Shown here: piece after piece, positions 8,929-19,658 of the stretch | Numbering within the stretch: the stretch's first letter is position 1 | Layout of the letters: each line of letters starts with the position of its first letter | IMG/VR virus record: IMGVR_UViG_3300031537_000001 | Span: 29,293-93,292 of that record | Origin: a virus | DNA: 64,000 nucleotides | Strand: one strand, 5' to 3' | Made by a program: the position numbers and the translations under genes | The notes under the pieces: generated by a model | Told to the model about the DNA's origin: nothing | The model's database searches: none | The model's input: the letters and a program-made list of their open reading frames with translations, nothing else

Positions 8929-9618
8929 ATGAGATTATCCTTAGTTATTGGAAGAAGTGGATCTGGAAAAACTTCTTCTTTAAGATATGTTAATCCAGAG
9001 ACTACAGCTATAATAGTTCCTAATAATAAAGAATTATTTCCTGGCTTCAATAAAGTCTATGTAGAGAAAAAGAATAAGATTACTACAAATGAAATTAATC
9101 ATATTGATGGAGTACTTACAATATTTGCTAAAAATCCAGCTATAAAATTAATTATCATAGAAGATCTTAATCATTTCTTTAATGCCAGAATTAATAGTAT
9201 GGCTTTTAGAGCTCGAAATTCCGGAGGAGAAGTATTTGCCAGGTGGAATGATTTTGGAGGAGATGTAGCTGAACATTTAGTAACTGCTATATCAAGAAAT
9301 ACTTCTAATGTTGATGTATTTGTGTTCGCACATACAGATATTAAAGAAGATGGACATATTGGTATGAAAACTTCGGGTAAATTACTCGACAATACTATTG
9401 ATATTCCAAGCTATGTAGATTGTTTGTTTCATTCTGTAGTTATTGAAGAAGCTGGAGTTACGAAGTATAAGTTTTTAACTAATACTGATGGAATTCATTT
9501 AGCTAAAACTCCAGCAGGAATGTTTCCAGAGAAATATATTCCTAATGACCTAAAATTTATTTTAGAGCGTATGGAAAAATATCGTAAAGGTGAAATAAAA
9601 CCTGCTTGGATAGATTAA
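8929..9618 (+). CDS. AAA_24/Sak4-like P-loop ATPase (single-strand annealing)
   Basis: GRSGSGKTSS, IIIED, FAH, KTSGK, AKTPAGMF..IPNDL. Confidence 0.85.
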   Translation: MRLSLVIGRSGSGKTSSLRYVNPETTAIIVPNNKELFPGFNKVYVEKKNKITTNEINHIDGVLTIFAKNPAIKLIIIEDLNHFFNARINSMAFRARNSGGEVFARWNDFGGDVAEHLVTAISRNTSNVDVFVFAHTDIKEDGHIGMKTSGKLLDNTIDIPSYVDCLFHSVVIEEAGVTKYKFLTNTDGIHLAKTPAGMFPEKYIPNDLKFILERMEKYRKGEIKPAWID

Positions 9619-9643
9619 ATTGTAACTTTTTAATTTTTTAAAT

Positions 9644-10390
9644 ATGATAAGATTAGGGATTAATGAAAATGTAAAAATAGGTTCAGGTACAGAAGTAACT
9701 GATAAAGGATTAACATTTAACTTCGTTAGAGGTACGAGCTCAACTTTTGATGCTTTTGTAAATGATGGAGATATAGAAGATAGTATAAATATCTTCTTAC
9801 CAACTATATTCGTATTAGAGTTTGGTAAAACTACTCCAAGGGATCCAAAAGCAATCGCAAAAGATGTAAAGCGTAATGTATCCTATATGAAAAGTATTTT
9901 AGGTATCTATCTTAAATTAGAAGAAGTAGATAAATACCTTGGGGGAGGAGCTTTAGCAAAACTTTTTGCTAAATACGGAGCCACAGCAGAAAATTTAGAT
10001 TCTAAATGGACTGATGAAAAATTTGTTAATGGATTTATGATGGATTGTTCTAAAGCTTTTGTTAAAGCTATAGCAGACCATAAATTAACAACCAGACCTG
10101 AATTATTTAGGATTAAACTTCCCAGACAATCAAAAAACAATTTCGCTGCTTTACCATTGAGTATTTATACACCTTGGATTGAAAGTATGGATGTTGAAAA
10201 ATCAGCTATTGAATGGTCTGATTACGAGATTCAACATAAATTGGATAGAATGATTGATATTGCTACTGATCCTACTGCTCCGGCTGAAGTAAAAACTGCT
10301 GAAACATTGTTTGGAGATAATGGACAAAATACTACTCCAGCTAACGATGTTACTATAAATGAAATTTTTCCTGAACCGAAAAAGGAATAA
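9644..10390 (+). CDS. putative single-stranded DNA-binding protein
   Basis: Sits between Sak4 and primase, the usual SSB position; flexible acidic, Pro-rich tail. Confidence 0.5.
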   Translation: MIRLGINENVKIGSGTEVTDKGLTFNFVRGTSSTFDAFVNDGDIEDSINIFLPTIFVLEFGKTTPRDPKAIAKDVKRNVSYMKSILGIYLKLEEVDKYLGGGALAKLFAKYGATAENLDSKWTDEKFVNGFMMDCSKAFVKAIADHKLTTRPELFRIKLPRQSKNNFAALPLSIYTPWIESMDVEKSAIEWSDYEIQHKLDRMIDIATDPTAPAEVKTAETLFGDNGQNTTPANDVTINEIFPEPKKE

Positions 10391-10392
10391 TC

Positions 10393-11418
10393 ATGTGTTT
10401 ACTGGAAGACTATTTGATTGAAAATAGCTTATCAGTAGAATCTATACATAAATATGTAGATGATTATTCAATATTTTCATTTTACATAGGAAAGGAGTTA
10501 GAGATAAATAAAATCTACTCCTCTCCTTTAAGAGATTCAGATGAGCATCCTTCTTTTGCTTTATATGAAGCCAGAGATGGTAGTATCATGTTTAAAGATC
10601 ATGGCCGAAATTTAAAAGGTGGTGTACTAAAATTTGTTAGACATTTGTTATCTGAGGATTGGGATAATCTTATTCCATTTCAAGATGTATTGCATCAAAT
10701 CAATATTGATTTTGATATAGGTCTTGCAGGAACTCCGAAAACATTTAAACCACGAGCAAAAATAATAAAAAGTTACAGTAAAAAACCAAAAACCAAAATA
10801 GAAATCGTATCTAAAAGGTATAACTCATCATTTTTAGATTACTTTACTGGAAAATATGATATTACATCAGACATATTAAAAATGTATAATGTATATAATG
10901 TAGCTATGGCAAAGTTTAATCTATTTCTAGTGTATCAAAAAACTCTTTGTATCGCATATAAAATAGGTAAATATTATAAATTATGTATGCCATTTAATCC
11001 AAAAGGAGAAAGATTTAGAACTGATTTTCCTCCTAATTATGTAGAAGGATTCTTACAATTAAAGTATAAGTTACCATTTGTAATTATTACTAAAGCTATG
11101 AAGGAAGTAATGTTTTTTAGGAAACATTTCGATTGGGATTCTGTTGCAGGAAAGAGCGAAAATACTATGATACCAGATTTTATAATGAAAAAGTTATTTA
11201 TCCGCTATAAGTGCGTTTTTATTTGGTTGGATAGAGATCAGGGTGGAATCGAAGCTACAAAAGCTTATTTAGATAAATACCCTGGTCTTATCTCTATTAA
11301 CTATCCTACTTCAATAAAAGAAAAGGATGTTACTGATAGATATTTTTACATGAAAACTTTAAATAAAGAAAAAGAAAGCTTAAAAGAAATAGAAAATGTC
11401 GTTATTGGATATAAGTGA
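10393..11418 (+). CDS. dnaG: DnaG-type primase (crAss-like)
   Basis: SPLRDSDEHPSF and FKDHG N-terminal motifs; TOPRIM ITKAMKE and WLDRDQGG; KDVTD. Confidence 0.85.
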   Translation: MCLLEDYLIENSLSVESIHKYVDDYSIFSFYIGKELEINKIYSSPLRDSDEHPSFALYEARDGSIMFKDHGRNLKGGVLKFVRHLLSEDWDNLIPFQDVLHQINIDFDIGLAGTPKTFKPRAKIIKSYSKKPKTKIEIVSKRYNSSFLDYFTGKYDITSDILKMYNVYNVAMAKFNLFLVYQKTLCIAYKIGKYYKLCMPFNPKGERFRTDFPPNYVEGFLQLKYKLPFVIITKAMKEVMFFRKHFDWDSVAGKSENTMIPDFIMKKLFIRYKCVFIWLDRDQGGIEATKAYLDKYPGLISINYPTSIKEKDVTDRYFYMKTLNKEKESLKEIENVVIGYK

Positions 11419-13999
11419 AAGTAAGAATATTGGGCTTGTTAAAGAGCTTGATGAAGCTTCTATTGATTTAATATTTAGTAATCTTCAAGAATCTCAATAT
11501 AGCTTCCCTATAAAGTCGTTTATCAGGGAAATATTTTCTAATGCTTTAGATAGTATTAGGGAGAAGGAGATTGCTTTTGATATTATTATGAATGGAACTG
11601 ATGTGAATAAGTACTTTGTTACAAGATTTGAAGACGTTGTTATAGATTCAAATTTTGATGCAAGTTACTATGATTTCTCCTTTCTTGATATGGAATCAAA
11701 AAAGGTTGAAATAGTCTATACGCGAAGAGAAGAAGCCCCAAAAGATTTAATTACTATATTAGATAAAGGTGTGGGATTAAGCTCTGAAAGATTGCGTAAT
11801 TATTTAAAATTGGGATGGTCTAGCAAAAGAAATACTAAATATGCTATAGGAAAATTTGGAATTGGAGCCAAGAGTGGTTTAGCAACCGGTGCTGAATTTT
11901 TTGTAGTTAGAACCGTTTACAATGGGTATACTACTTCTTTTATGATATACAAAGAACATTTTCATTGTATAACCAAAGATGATTTTAGTGGATATACTGA
12001 AGTATGGAAAGGTCATTCTAAAGAAGGTACTGAACTAGAGATCCCGGTAGTTTGGAATTCAACTAAAGCTGCAAATGGAGTAACAATTGAGCTCGAGGTA
12101 CAATCCTATACAAAGGATAATTATATTCGAGCTATAAAAGAACAGTTATTATACTTTTATGATAGAGTAAGTTTTTTCTGTGAAGAAAATTCAATAAAGA
12201 TGGAGTTTGAATTTCTATTAGAGCCGGAATTTGATTCTAATAATTGCATCGTAACCAAGTCAAGTATTATGTCAGAACCTCACCTTGTATTAGATGGAGT
12301 TAATTACGGTATAATCTCCTGGTCTGAGTTAGGCATGGAAAAACGGTATGGAAATATAGGGATTAAAGTATCTCCTAGTGATATTGATGTAAATCAATCG
12401 AGAGAGAATGTAATCTGGTCTGAAAAGACTAAAACTACTGTTCTTGCTAAAATACAAGAAGTTACTAAAGATGCAGAATTATATCTTCAAGATAAAATAA
12501 GTTATATTGAAAACTATTTTGAATGGTGTGGTACTATGGGACAGACTAAAAGTAAAGTAGAAGGAGAATTAGTTCTTCATACTTTTAAAAGATTTGTTCC
12601 GAAAGCTAATCTTAATTTAGTTTGGGAATTTAAAGACTTTGATACTTTAGATGGTTTAGCAGAAGATTTTAGATTTTTAAATACTTCATTCTTCTCTGAC
12701 TATAATGTGGAAGAATATTTTACTTTAAAAAATGTTTATCTGAATTCTTATAGAGGAAAAACGGTTATTGCACAAGATAATGTTTATGCAAAAGATCTCA
12801 ATTCTAAAATAGTAGTATACGCTTCTGAAAAATCTATAAATATAGAATTTGTTGAGTATATTTTAAAAAAGTATTCAATAAGTAATTTTTATTATTTACG
12901 TCCTGCTGAAAGATCTTCTTCTAAAGCGACTTATTTTAATGCAATTACAGTTTTTAAATATTTACTTGAAAAATATGCTATTAATTTAGATACTTTCGAA
13001 TATCCTCAAGAATATTTTGATGAATTGGCAAGGAAGGAAGAAGCAATTAAAGCAGAAAAAGAAAGGATTGCTCAAGAAGAACGTGAAAGAAAAAGATTAG
13101 AAAGGGAAAGTAAGAAAAAAGCTACTAATATTACTACTGAAGTAAAAATAACTGTTAAAAATGTATATTGGAAAAGCTATAATAAATTTTATCGGGAAAG
13201 TACCCAAAAAATATGGAAATCTCATGATTCCAGTTCTTTTGTATATAATATGTCTTATGATAGTTTTACTCTTGATTCTTTACGAAAATCTGGTACTAAT
13301 ATTTTTGCTAAAACTTCGGATGCTGGTATACTAAAAGCCGTTGTTGCATATCTTGCTAGTAGTAAAGTTATAGAAGATTTTGAAGGTTACAATTTTATTA
13401 TTGTATCACAGGATAATTATGAATTTTTACGTAAACAAGAAGATTTTATACCTTTAGAAAAATTTATTATGAATGAAGTTGGGGATACTTTAACTTTACA
13501 TGAGTTATTTGTACAGTATAATACACGAAGAATTTTATCAGAATTATTTGCAAAACATCACTGGTTGAAACCTGTAAGTAAACTAAAGGGTATAGATGAT
13601 GATTTTGATAAATTAGTTGAAACCTTTGATTCTTATAAATCTATTGCCTTAAATGTAAGAGAAGGAACCAGAGATCTTATTTTAAGTGCATATACAGCAC
13701 TTACTGCTGAACAAACTGATATATTTAATGCTTTAGATCAGTATCTCAAAAACACAGAGATAATTCATAGACTTATCTCTGAAGGAAAAACAGATGAATT
13801 AAAAGACAAATCAAAAGAGTTATTTGGAAGTGATGTTCCATTAACTATTACTGCATTTGATGAAAAGTTCATCAACACAATAGAGTCATTCATAAAAAAA
13901 GTAGAACCAATTGTAGATATTTTACTATTTTTAGATTATGATTCTATGTCTATGGATGATATTACAAATGTAGTATCTATATTAAATAAACTTTTGTAA
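11396..13999 (+). CDS. rIIA: rIIA-like protein with GHKL (HATPase_c) N-terminal domain
   Basis: IREIFSNALD, DKGVG, GKFGIGAKS, DVNQSRE; followed by an rIIB-like gene. Confidence 0.8.
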   Translation: MSLLDISESKNIGLVKELDEASIDLIFSNLQESQYSFPIKSFIREIFSNALDSIREKEIAFDIIMNGTDVNKYFVTRFEDVVIDSNFDASYYDFSFLDMESKKVEIVYTRREEAPKDLITILDKGVGLSSERLRNYLKLGWSSKRNTKYAIGKFGIGAKSGLATGAEFFVVRTVYNGYTTSFMIYKEHFHCITKDDFSGYTEVWKGHSKEGTELEIPVVWNSTKAANGVTIELEVQSYTKDNYIRAIKEQLLYFYDRVSFFCEENSIKMEFEFLLEPEFDSNNCIVTKSSIMSEPHLVLDGVNYGIISWSELGMEKRYGNIGIKVSPSDIDVNQSRENVIWSEKTKTTVLAKIQEVTKDAELYLQDKISYIENYFEWCGTMGQTKSKVEGELVLHTFKRFVPKANLNLVWEFKDFDTLDGLAEDFRFLNTSFFSDYNVEEYFTLKNVYLNSYRGKTVIAQDNVYAKDLNSKIVVYASEKSINIEFVEYILKKYSISNFYYLRPAERSSSKATYFNAITVFKYLLEKYAINLDTFEYPQEYFDELARKEEAIKAEKERIAQEERERKRLERESKKKATNITTEVKITVKNVYWKSYNKFYRESTQKIWKSHDSSSFVYNMSYDSFTLDSLRKSGTNIFAKTSDAGILKAVVAYLASSKVIEDFEGYNFIIVSQDNYEFLRKQEDFIPLEKFIMNEVGDTLTLHELFVQYNTRRILSELFAKHHWLKPVSKLKGIDDDFDKLVETFDSYKSIALNVREGTRDLILSAYTALTAEQTDIFNALDQYLKNTEIIHRLISEGKTDELKDKSKELFGSDVPLTITAFDEKFINTIESFIKKVEPIVDILLFLDYDSMSMDDITNVVSILNKLL

Positions 14000-14014
14000 C
14001 TTAATATTTTAAAT

Positions 14015-15250
14015 ATGATAATAATTAATAGAACAGACAAAAACATTGTCGGAGCTATAAATGGTAAACCTTTTTCTATACCATTTAATGAGCAATTGTA
14101 TACTAAACTGGTAAAGATTAGTGAAGATTTTGTTTCTTCTACCGAGTTGCCTAAAGCTAATGCATTGTTAGAAGAAGCAAATAAATTAACAATACTAAAC
14201 TTTAAAGAGCTTATTGCTACTTCTAATCCTTATTTGCATTATAATCCAGTTAAGGATTTATACTACCTTGTAGTTAACAAAGGTAAGAAGGATGAATATG
14301 TTATTGATAAACCTTTACCAGTTGGATTATCGGAAAGGATAGTCGAATCTTTTGAAAAGGGATTTAGTTTTATGCCTATTATTAAAGCATGGATCAGATT
14401 CTTACAAAGGGATAAAGAATATTCTGAAACAGACGCAGCATTTTTCAGCAGATATTTAAATACTATGTATATTGACTATGAGGCTGTTGATAAGTTGGTG
14501 GAAACTGAAGGATTATCTGAAGATACTGCTGTTGAACGTTGTACTTTTAACGATCTGGCTATTACTCAAGAAGGTTTATTGGCTACTTATAAAGTAGTAA
14601 ATGAAATCAAAACTGAGTGGGTTCTTGTTACAGATGAAGAAGGTAATGTAGTACTTAATTCAGATGATTCACCTCAAAAGAAACAAGTTCTAAAAAAGGA
14701 ATATCAGAGTCAGTATGACATTGATCCTTTAACCGGAGAAACGAAAACTACTGTAGGTAAACCCGTATATGTCGAAGATAGATATTTTACTCCAGCTATT
14801 CATAAACATGGAGAGAATTTCTACTCAGGAGATAAATATGGTTATATTTATAAAGTAGGTGAAGCTCAGTATTTACCTAAGATAAATCCTAATACTAATG
14901 AATCTGCAAATGTAAATAAAGAAAATTCTTTTGGAGGTGGTGGTCTATACACAGGAGGGCTTAACTATATTAAAAACTACAGATCTCAAGGAGATGTTGT
15001 TTTAGTATGTTTCTTAGATCCTGCAAACATTATTTCTTTTCAAGATGATGGATCAGCTATGCGTACTTGGGAATTATTTCCTCACAATATCTTAGAGGAT
15101 GATGTAACTTTAAAAGGTTTATATCACTCTTCTCAGTATGCAAAAGAATCTTCAGCTAAAACTATTTTAAGATTACAAGAAATTGCTGATAAAGAAAGAG
15201 AAGCTTTAGACAAAAAATCAGAAGAGATTAGTAACTTAAATAAGATTTAG
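14015..15250 (+). CDS. rIIB: rIIB-like protein
   Basis: LAITQEGLLATYK, GGGLYTGGLNYIKNY and DPANII resemble rIIB motifs; adjacent to rIIA. Confidence 0.75.
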   Translation: MIIINRTDKNIVGAINGKPFSIPFNEQLYTKLVKISEDFVSSTELPKANALLEEANKLTILNFKELIATSNPYLHYNPVKDLYYLVVNKGKKDEYVIDKPLPVGLSERIVESFEKGFSFMPIIKAWIRFLQRDKEYSETDAAFFSRYLNTMYIDYEAVDKLVETEGLSEDTAVERCTFNDLAITQEGLLATYKVVNEIKTEWVLVTDEEGNVVLNSDDSPQKKQVLKKEYQSQYDIDPLTGETKTTVGKPVYVEDRYFTPAIHKHGENFYSGDKYGYIYKVGEAQYLPKINPNTNESANVNKENSFGGGGLYTGGLNYIKNYRSQGDVVLVCFLDPANIISFQDDGSAMRTWELFPHNILEDDVTLKGLYHSSQYAKESSAKTILRLQEIADKEREALDKKSEEISNLNKI

Positions 15251-15251
15251 T

Positions 15252-15743
15252 ATGGGTACCGGTACACGAAATAAAAATGCCGGTAGTAATTGGGAAAGAG
15301 AAATTGTTACATTATTAAATTCTGAGAAAATTTTTCATAAAGTCGGAACTTCCCGACTTTTAAGTAAAAGTTTTGATGATAATAAAATTGATGTTATAAC
15401 TGAAGTTATTTCAAAAATGGAAGAGTTTGGCTTGGCTATCCAAGCCAAAACTTCTACTACTACTCTCAGATATCCACAATTACTAAATGAGGTTAAAGAA
15501 GGTATGTCTAAATTGGGAATATCTTGTACTCCAGTTATTTTCCACAAACAAACTCAGCGAGTCAAAGAAAGATTTATGCCCAGAGGAACATTTGCTTCTT
15601 TATATTTAGGAGATTTTATAAAGATATTTAAGAAGTTAGAAGTTTATAAACAAGCTTATGAACTATTAAATTCTTACTTTGACAGCATTCCTGATGATGA
15701 AAAAGATTCAGTAAATGCTAAACTATTAAAATTAGAGTTATGA
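15252..15743 (+). CDS. PD-(D/E)xK Holliday-junction resolvase-like nuclease
   Basis: NKNAGSNWERE...IDV...IQAK...VIFHK. Confidence 0.75.
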   Translation: MGTGTRNKNAGSNWEREIVTLLNSEKIFHKVGTSRLLSKSFDDNKIDVITEVISKMEEFGLAIQAKTSTTTLRYPQLLNEVKEGMSKLGISCTPVIFHKQTQRVKERFMPRGTFASLYLGDFIKIFKKLEVYKQAYELLNSYFDSIPDDEKDSVNAKLLKLEL

Positions 15744-16489
15744 TTTCAGCTATAGTAGATTTAGATTCTCTAGGATTTATTGTTGCTTACCAACAATTTG
15801 TAAAGTTAGAGAATAAGACTGATGCGGAGAAAGTAAAGAATCATGTTAAAGACTTCGTTTCTTCCATTTTAAATAGTGTGGGAGCCGAAGAATATATGTT
15901 ATTTTATCAATCTCAGAAACATAAAAATTATAGGCTTGAAATTTATCCGGAATATAAGGCTAATCGTCCTGAAACACCGGAGTTCTTTACTCATTGGAGG
16001 TCTGTTTTATATAAAATCTATGAAGAATTAGGAGCTGTAGCACTAAATACTATCGAAACTGATGATGCTTTAAGTATTGTATTTAAGATATTTCCAGAAA
16101 AAGAAATAGTTTTATGTCATAATGATAAAGATATGTTTCAGATTCCTTGTAAACATTATTTATATAAAAAACTAAAATTTATTGATATTTCTATAGCAGA
16201 TTCTATCCGTAACCTAAATATTCAGCTATTACAAGGTGATTCTATAGACAATATAAAAGGTTGTCGAAGAATAGGAGAAGTAAAAGCTGCAAAAGCAATT
16301 GATTCAGGCCAATCAGTTATAGATGTTTATAAATCTGTTTATGGGACCGATTGGAGACAACATTATGTACTTAATGCTAAAATGATTATATTAGGAAGAG
16401 TAAAAGAAGATTTTCCTATAAAGTGGATAAAAAACACTAATTTGTTTAAAGTTGATGCTTTATTTGAATGTAAAAGTTTATTTGATTAA
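15740..16489 (+). CDS. 5'-3' exonuclease / flap endonuclease (T7 gp6/T5 D15-like)
   Basis: VDLDS, YKANR, ETDD, DKDM, GDSIDNIKG (H3TH). Confidence 0.9.
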   Translation: MISAIVDLDSLGFIVAYQQFVKLENKTDAEKVKNHVKDFVSSILNSVGAEEYMLFYQSQKHKNYRLEIYPEYKANRPETPEFFTHWRSVLYKIYEELGAVALNTIETDDALSIVFKIFPEKEIVLCHNDKDMFQIPCKHYLYKKLKFIDISIADSIRNLNIQLLQGDSIDNIKGCRRIGEVKAAKAIDSGQSVIDVYKSVYGTDWRQHYVLNAKMIILGRVKEDFPIKWIKNTNLFKVDALFECKSLFD

Positions 16490-16527
16490 ATAATATCACC
16501 AATAACTTACTAAAATTATATACTGTT

Positions 16528-17082
16528 ATGGGTAATAGATTTCTTAAAGATCCAAGCGATAATATTTTTAATTATTACATTTTACCGCTTATAGGATTAA
16601 ACAAAGTAAGTTTTGGAGATTGCTTTATAAAAACATTGTTAAACAAAAGTTATGATGCTATTTTTGTTCAGGTAGCTTCGGTAGAAAATAAGAATAAATT
16701 TCTTGATTTTCCTTACTTTGAATCTATTGTAGAACATAAAACTGGTTTATTCTTTAAATTTTCTATACCCGCTATATTTTCTGAAGATATTAAGTTAATT
16801 GGGTCAGGAAAGTATAGTTTAATTTCAATCCAAGCTAAAACATTTATCAAATCTTACTCTGGTTTAGCTTATAATGTTAAATCTTCTGATGGTAAAACAA
16901 TTGTTTCTAAGGCTTTATTAGCCTTGGATAAACATGTTGCATTAATAGAGTATTATGCTGATTATTTGGGTTTAACTGAAAAAGAAATTGAAGATTGTAT
17001 TACTATTCCTGATATAGAATTGATGGATGAGCCTTATGAAAATGATTTTATAGAGAATTTTAAAATGGAAAAGAGTGTTTAA
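16528..17082 (+). CDS. hypothetical protein
   Basis: 184-aa ORF with GKYSLIS motif. Confidence 0.7.
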   Translation: MGNRFLKDPSDNIFNYYILPLIGLNKVSFGDCFIKTLLNKSYDAIFVQVASVENKNKFLDFPYFESIVEHKTGLFFKFSIPAIFSEDIKLIGSGKYSLISIQAKTFIKSYSGLAYNVKSSDGKTIVSKALLALDKHVALIEYYADYLGLTEKEIEDCITIPDIELMDEPYENDFIENFKMEKSV

Positions 17083-17100
17083 TACTCTTTTCCTATTGTT
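17067..17100 (+). terminator. terminator-like hairpin closing the replication operon
   Basis: GGAAAAGAGTGT-tta-ATACTCTTTTCC overlapping the stop codon, followed by TATTGTT. Confidence 0.5.
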
Positions 17101-17117
17101 TAACTAAAAATTTAATA

Positions 17118-17696
17118 ATGAAAAAAGTTATAGTTATTATCATATTTCTTATAAGTTTTTATTATACAGCTACTAATGCTACTAATAAATATTTATCTGA
17201 ATCAATACATCAGTATTCTTATAATCTGATGTTGAAAGAAACTGTAATTAATAAATTTGAAGAAGTTATAAATTTAATAAAACTCCATGAAGGGTTTAGG
17301 TCTACACCATATGATGATTGTGGCTATTTAGCTATAGGATATGGACAAAGACTCGCCTTTTTTACTACTTTTAAGATAGGTAATTATGTTACCGAAGAAA
17401 CAGCCGATAATATTCTCAGGATTAGTTTCGATAACCACTTAAAGTTAGTTGATTATTATTTCCCAGGATTAAATCAATTTCAAAGATTTTCTGTTGCTCA
17501 TATGAGTTATAGTATTGGTCTTGGAAATGTAATAAAGTATAAATATCTATATAAAGAAGAAGGATGTTGGAAAATAAATCAACATAAACTTTATACTACT
17601 CGAAAAGTTGATAGAATTAATTCTAAATACAGGGAAAATCGGATATTTGAGTATAATTTATTTAATTTTAAAATAAACATGCACAAAAATGGATAA
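17118..17696 (+). CDS. GH24 phage lysozyme with N-terminal hydrophobic signal or anchor
   Basis: HEGFRSTPYDD..YLAIGYG (E-x8-D), SYSIGLG, NRIFEYNLF; N-terminus MKKVIVIIIFLISFYY. Confidence 0.75.
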   Translation: MKKVIVIIIFLISFYYTATNATNKYLSESIHQYSYNLMLKETVINKFEEVINLIKLHEGFRSTPYDDCGYLAIGYGQRLAFFTTFKIGNYVTEETADNILRISFDNHLKLVDYYFPGLNQFQRFSVAHMSYSIGLGNVIKYKYLYKEEGCWKINQHKLYTTRKVDRINSKYRENRIFEYNLFNFKINMHKNG

Positions 17697-19191
17697 CAGT
17701 GAAAAATGGTGGAAGTATGTTAAAGTTGGACATACTTTACAATGTTTGAATGCTTCAACAGGTATGCGAGCAGGTCAAGGTTATGTTCCAAATAAGGTAT
17801 TTAAAGTATTTAACATAATCTCTCAGTTAAATACTAATAGGGCCTTTACTGATTCTAAAGGATTATCTGTATGGGATGATTGGTGTAAACCTTATTATCA
17901 AGTAGGAGATTGGGTATCTTTTTACTCCGAAATAGAAAATAAAATTATAACAAGTAGAATTAATAAACTTGGAAGTAGTTATCATTACTTAGAGTCTGGG
18001 AATCAACCTTTTACACATCTTATTAGATATGCCTCAGATGAAGAAATTAAACAAGCTAAAAAAGCTAATCTGGAAAAAGAATTTGTATTACCTGAAAAAT
18101 GGTGTATAAAATCTAATAAGGATATTGTTTCTATAGTAGCTTCTTATTGGGATAAAGGCTGTAATACTGTTTGTTATAGCCAGCTTATTAAAGAAGATAG
18201 TTATATAAATTATTATTGGGCTTCACATAACTTAGCAAACGATTGTCCACTATTTGGACATAACCCAGGAAGTAATCATTGTACTCCATCTAAACCTGAA
18301 GGATTTACAGAAATTACATTTGAACAGTTCCAAAAATATGTTTTAAAAAATACTATTGAAATGGATAGGGAGAAATTAATAGAAGAAGCTAAAAAGAGAT
18401 ATCCTGCTGGGACTAAATATATATCAGCTATGAGCGGCATAGATATTTATATAGCTAAAGGAGATCCTTATTTTGGAAATATAGTTAATTCAAATTCTAT
18501 ATTTGATAATCGTGCTTGTATTTATTATAATAACAAATGGGCTGAAATTATTTCTACTCCAGAAGTAAAGGTATTGGATAAATTTCCAGAAACAGGATGT
18601 ATAAATTTATTAGCAGCACCTGAATTTATAAGCTATTTCCAGCGTTTAGGTAAAATTTTATTAGGAACTGCATCCTCTAAAGAATGGACACAATTGTGTT
18701 GGAATGAAACAAACTATTGGTATGCTGTTAAATCATCGAAATTGGTCTTTAATCCTTCTGATTTACGTCAATTTATGTTTACAGAAACTAAACCTTTAAC
18801 AGTAGATGATTTAGTTAAAGGAGAGATTTATTGCTTTGATTTTGATAATTATGAAGGTTTTATTTCTAAATGGGAATCTTATTATATATATCCAGGCAAT
18901 CATTATTTTACTAGGACTAATAGATATGATTTTTCTAATCCTAACAATATTAGATTAGCCACTCAAGATGAAAAAGATTGGTTAAATGCTTGTATTAAAG
19001 CAGATAAATTTATTTCAAAAGAAGAAGCTTTAAAACTTAAACCGGATATAGAAGAAGTAGAATGTCATATTTGTTATAAAATAAATGAAAGAAAATCTGG
19101 TTGGAATTTTGAAGAAGAATATTATAAATTTAATGTACCTCTTAAACAACAAAAACTTTCTACATTTACTAAAATTGAATTTTTTAATTAA
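17689..19191 (+). CDS. modular hypothetical protein (500 aa) built from short repeated domains
   Basis: Internal similarities IRYASDEE/IRLATQDE and LPEKWCI/FPETGCI. Confidence 0.7.
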   Translation: MDNSEKWWKYVKVGHTLQCLNASTGMRAGQGYVPNKVFKVFNIISQLNTNRAFTDSKGLSVWDDWCKPYYQVGDWVSFYSEIENKIITSRINKLGSSYHYLESGNQPFTHLIRYASDEEIKQAKKANLEKEFVLPEKWCIKSNKDIVSIVASYWDKGCNTVCYSQLIKEDSYINYYWASHNLANDCPLFGHNPGSNHCTPSKPEGFTEITFEQFQKYVLKNTIEMDREKLIEEAKKRYPAGTKYISAMSGIDIYIAKGDPYFGNIVNSNSIFDNRACIYYNNKWAEIISTPEVKVLDKFPETGCINLLAAPEFISYFQRLGKILLGTASSKEWTQLCWNETNYWYAVKSSKLVFNPSDLRQFMFTETKPLTVDDLVKGEIYCFDFDNYEGFISKWESYYIYPGNHYFTRTNRYDFSNPNNIRLATQDEKDWLNACIKADKFISKEEALKLKPDIEEVECHICYKINERKSGWNFEEEYYKFNVPLKQQKLSTFTKIEFFN

Positions 19192-19207
19192 CATTAAATA
19201 GATAAAA

Positions 19208-19633
19208 ATGAAAAACGAAAAAGTATCAAAATTTGTACTACAAGGTGTAAAAGATCTTGAGAAGACTGAGAAAGAAATATTTATCGAAAAAACTGAAAAA
19301 TTTCTAACTTTTGCTAGAATTGAAGCTAACAAGAATATTAATAATATTCAGTCAGCTATTTCAGCTAAATTAGCTTTAATTTCTTATAAAGAACAGGAAA
19401 TTGAGTTACAAGAAGCTGAAATTGAAAAAGTTAGATTTACAAAAGCTTCTAATTATGTCAAATATTGTAGAAACTTAGAAGAATCTAAACAACTTAAAGA
19501 TAAGTTGATAAACTTTACTAGCGATGAAGATGATAAGAAAGGTTTAGCTCAATTAAAATTTGAGATTGAATATCTTAAAACTCAACTTGAGTTACATAAA
19601 GAAAATTTAGTTACTTTTAATAGTGAGGAGTAG
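19208..19633 (+). CDS. coiled-coil hypothetical protein
   Basis: E/K-rich heptad pattern. Confidence 0.65.
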   Translation: MKNEKVSKFVLQGVKDLEKTEKEIFIEKTEKFLTFARIEANKNINNIQSAISAKLALISYKEQEIELQEAEIEKVRFTKASNYVKYCRNLEESKQLKDKLINFTSDEDDKKGLAQLKFEIEYLKTQLELHKENLVTFNSEE

Positions 19634-19647
19634 AAATACTCCTTTTT
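19625..19647 (+). terminator. intrinsic terminator
   Basis: AGGAGTA-GAAA-TACTCCT (GNRA loop) followed by TTTT. Confidence 0.7.
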
Positions 19648-19658
19648 ATACTTAAATT

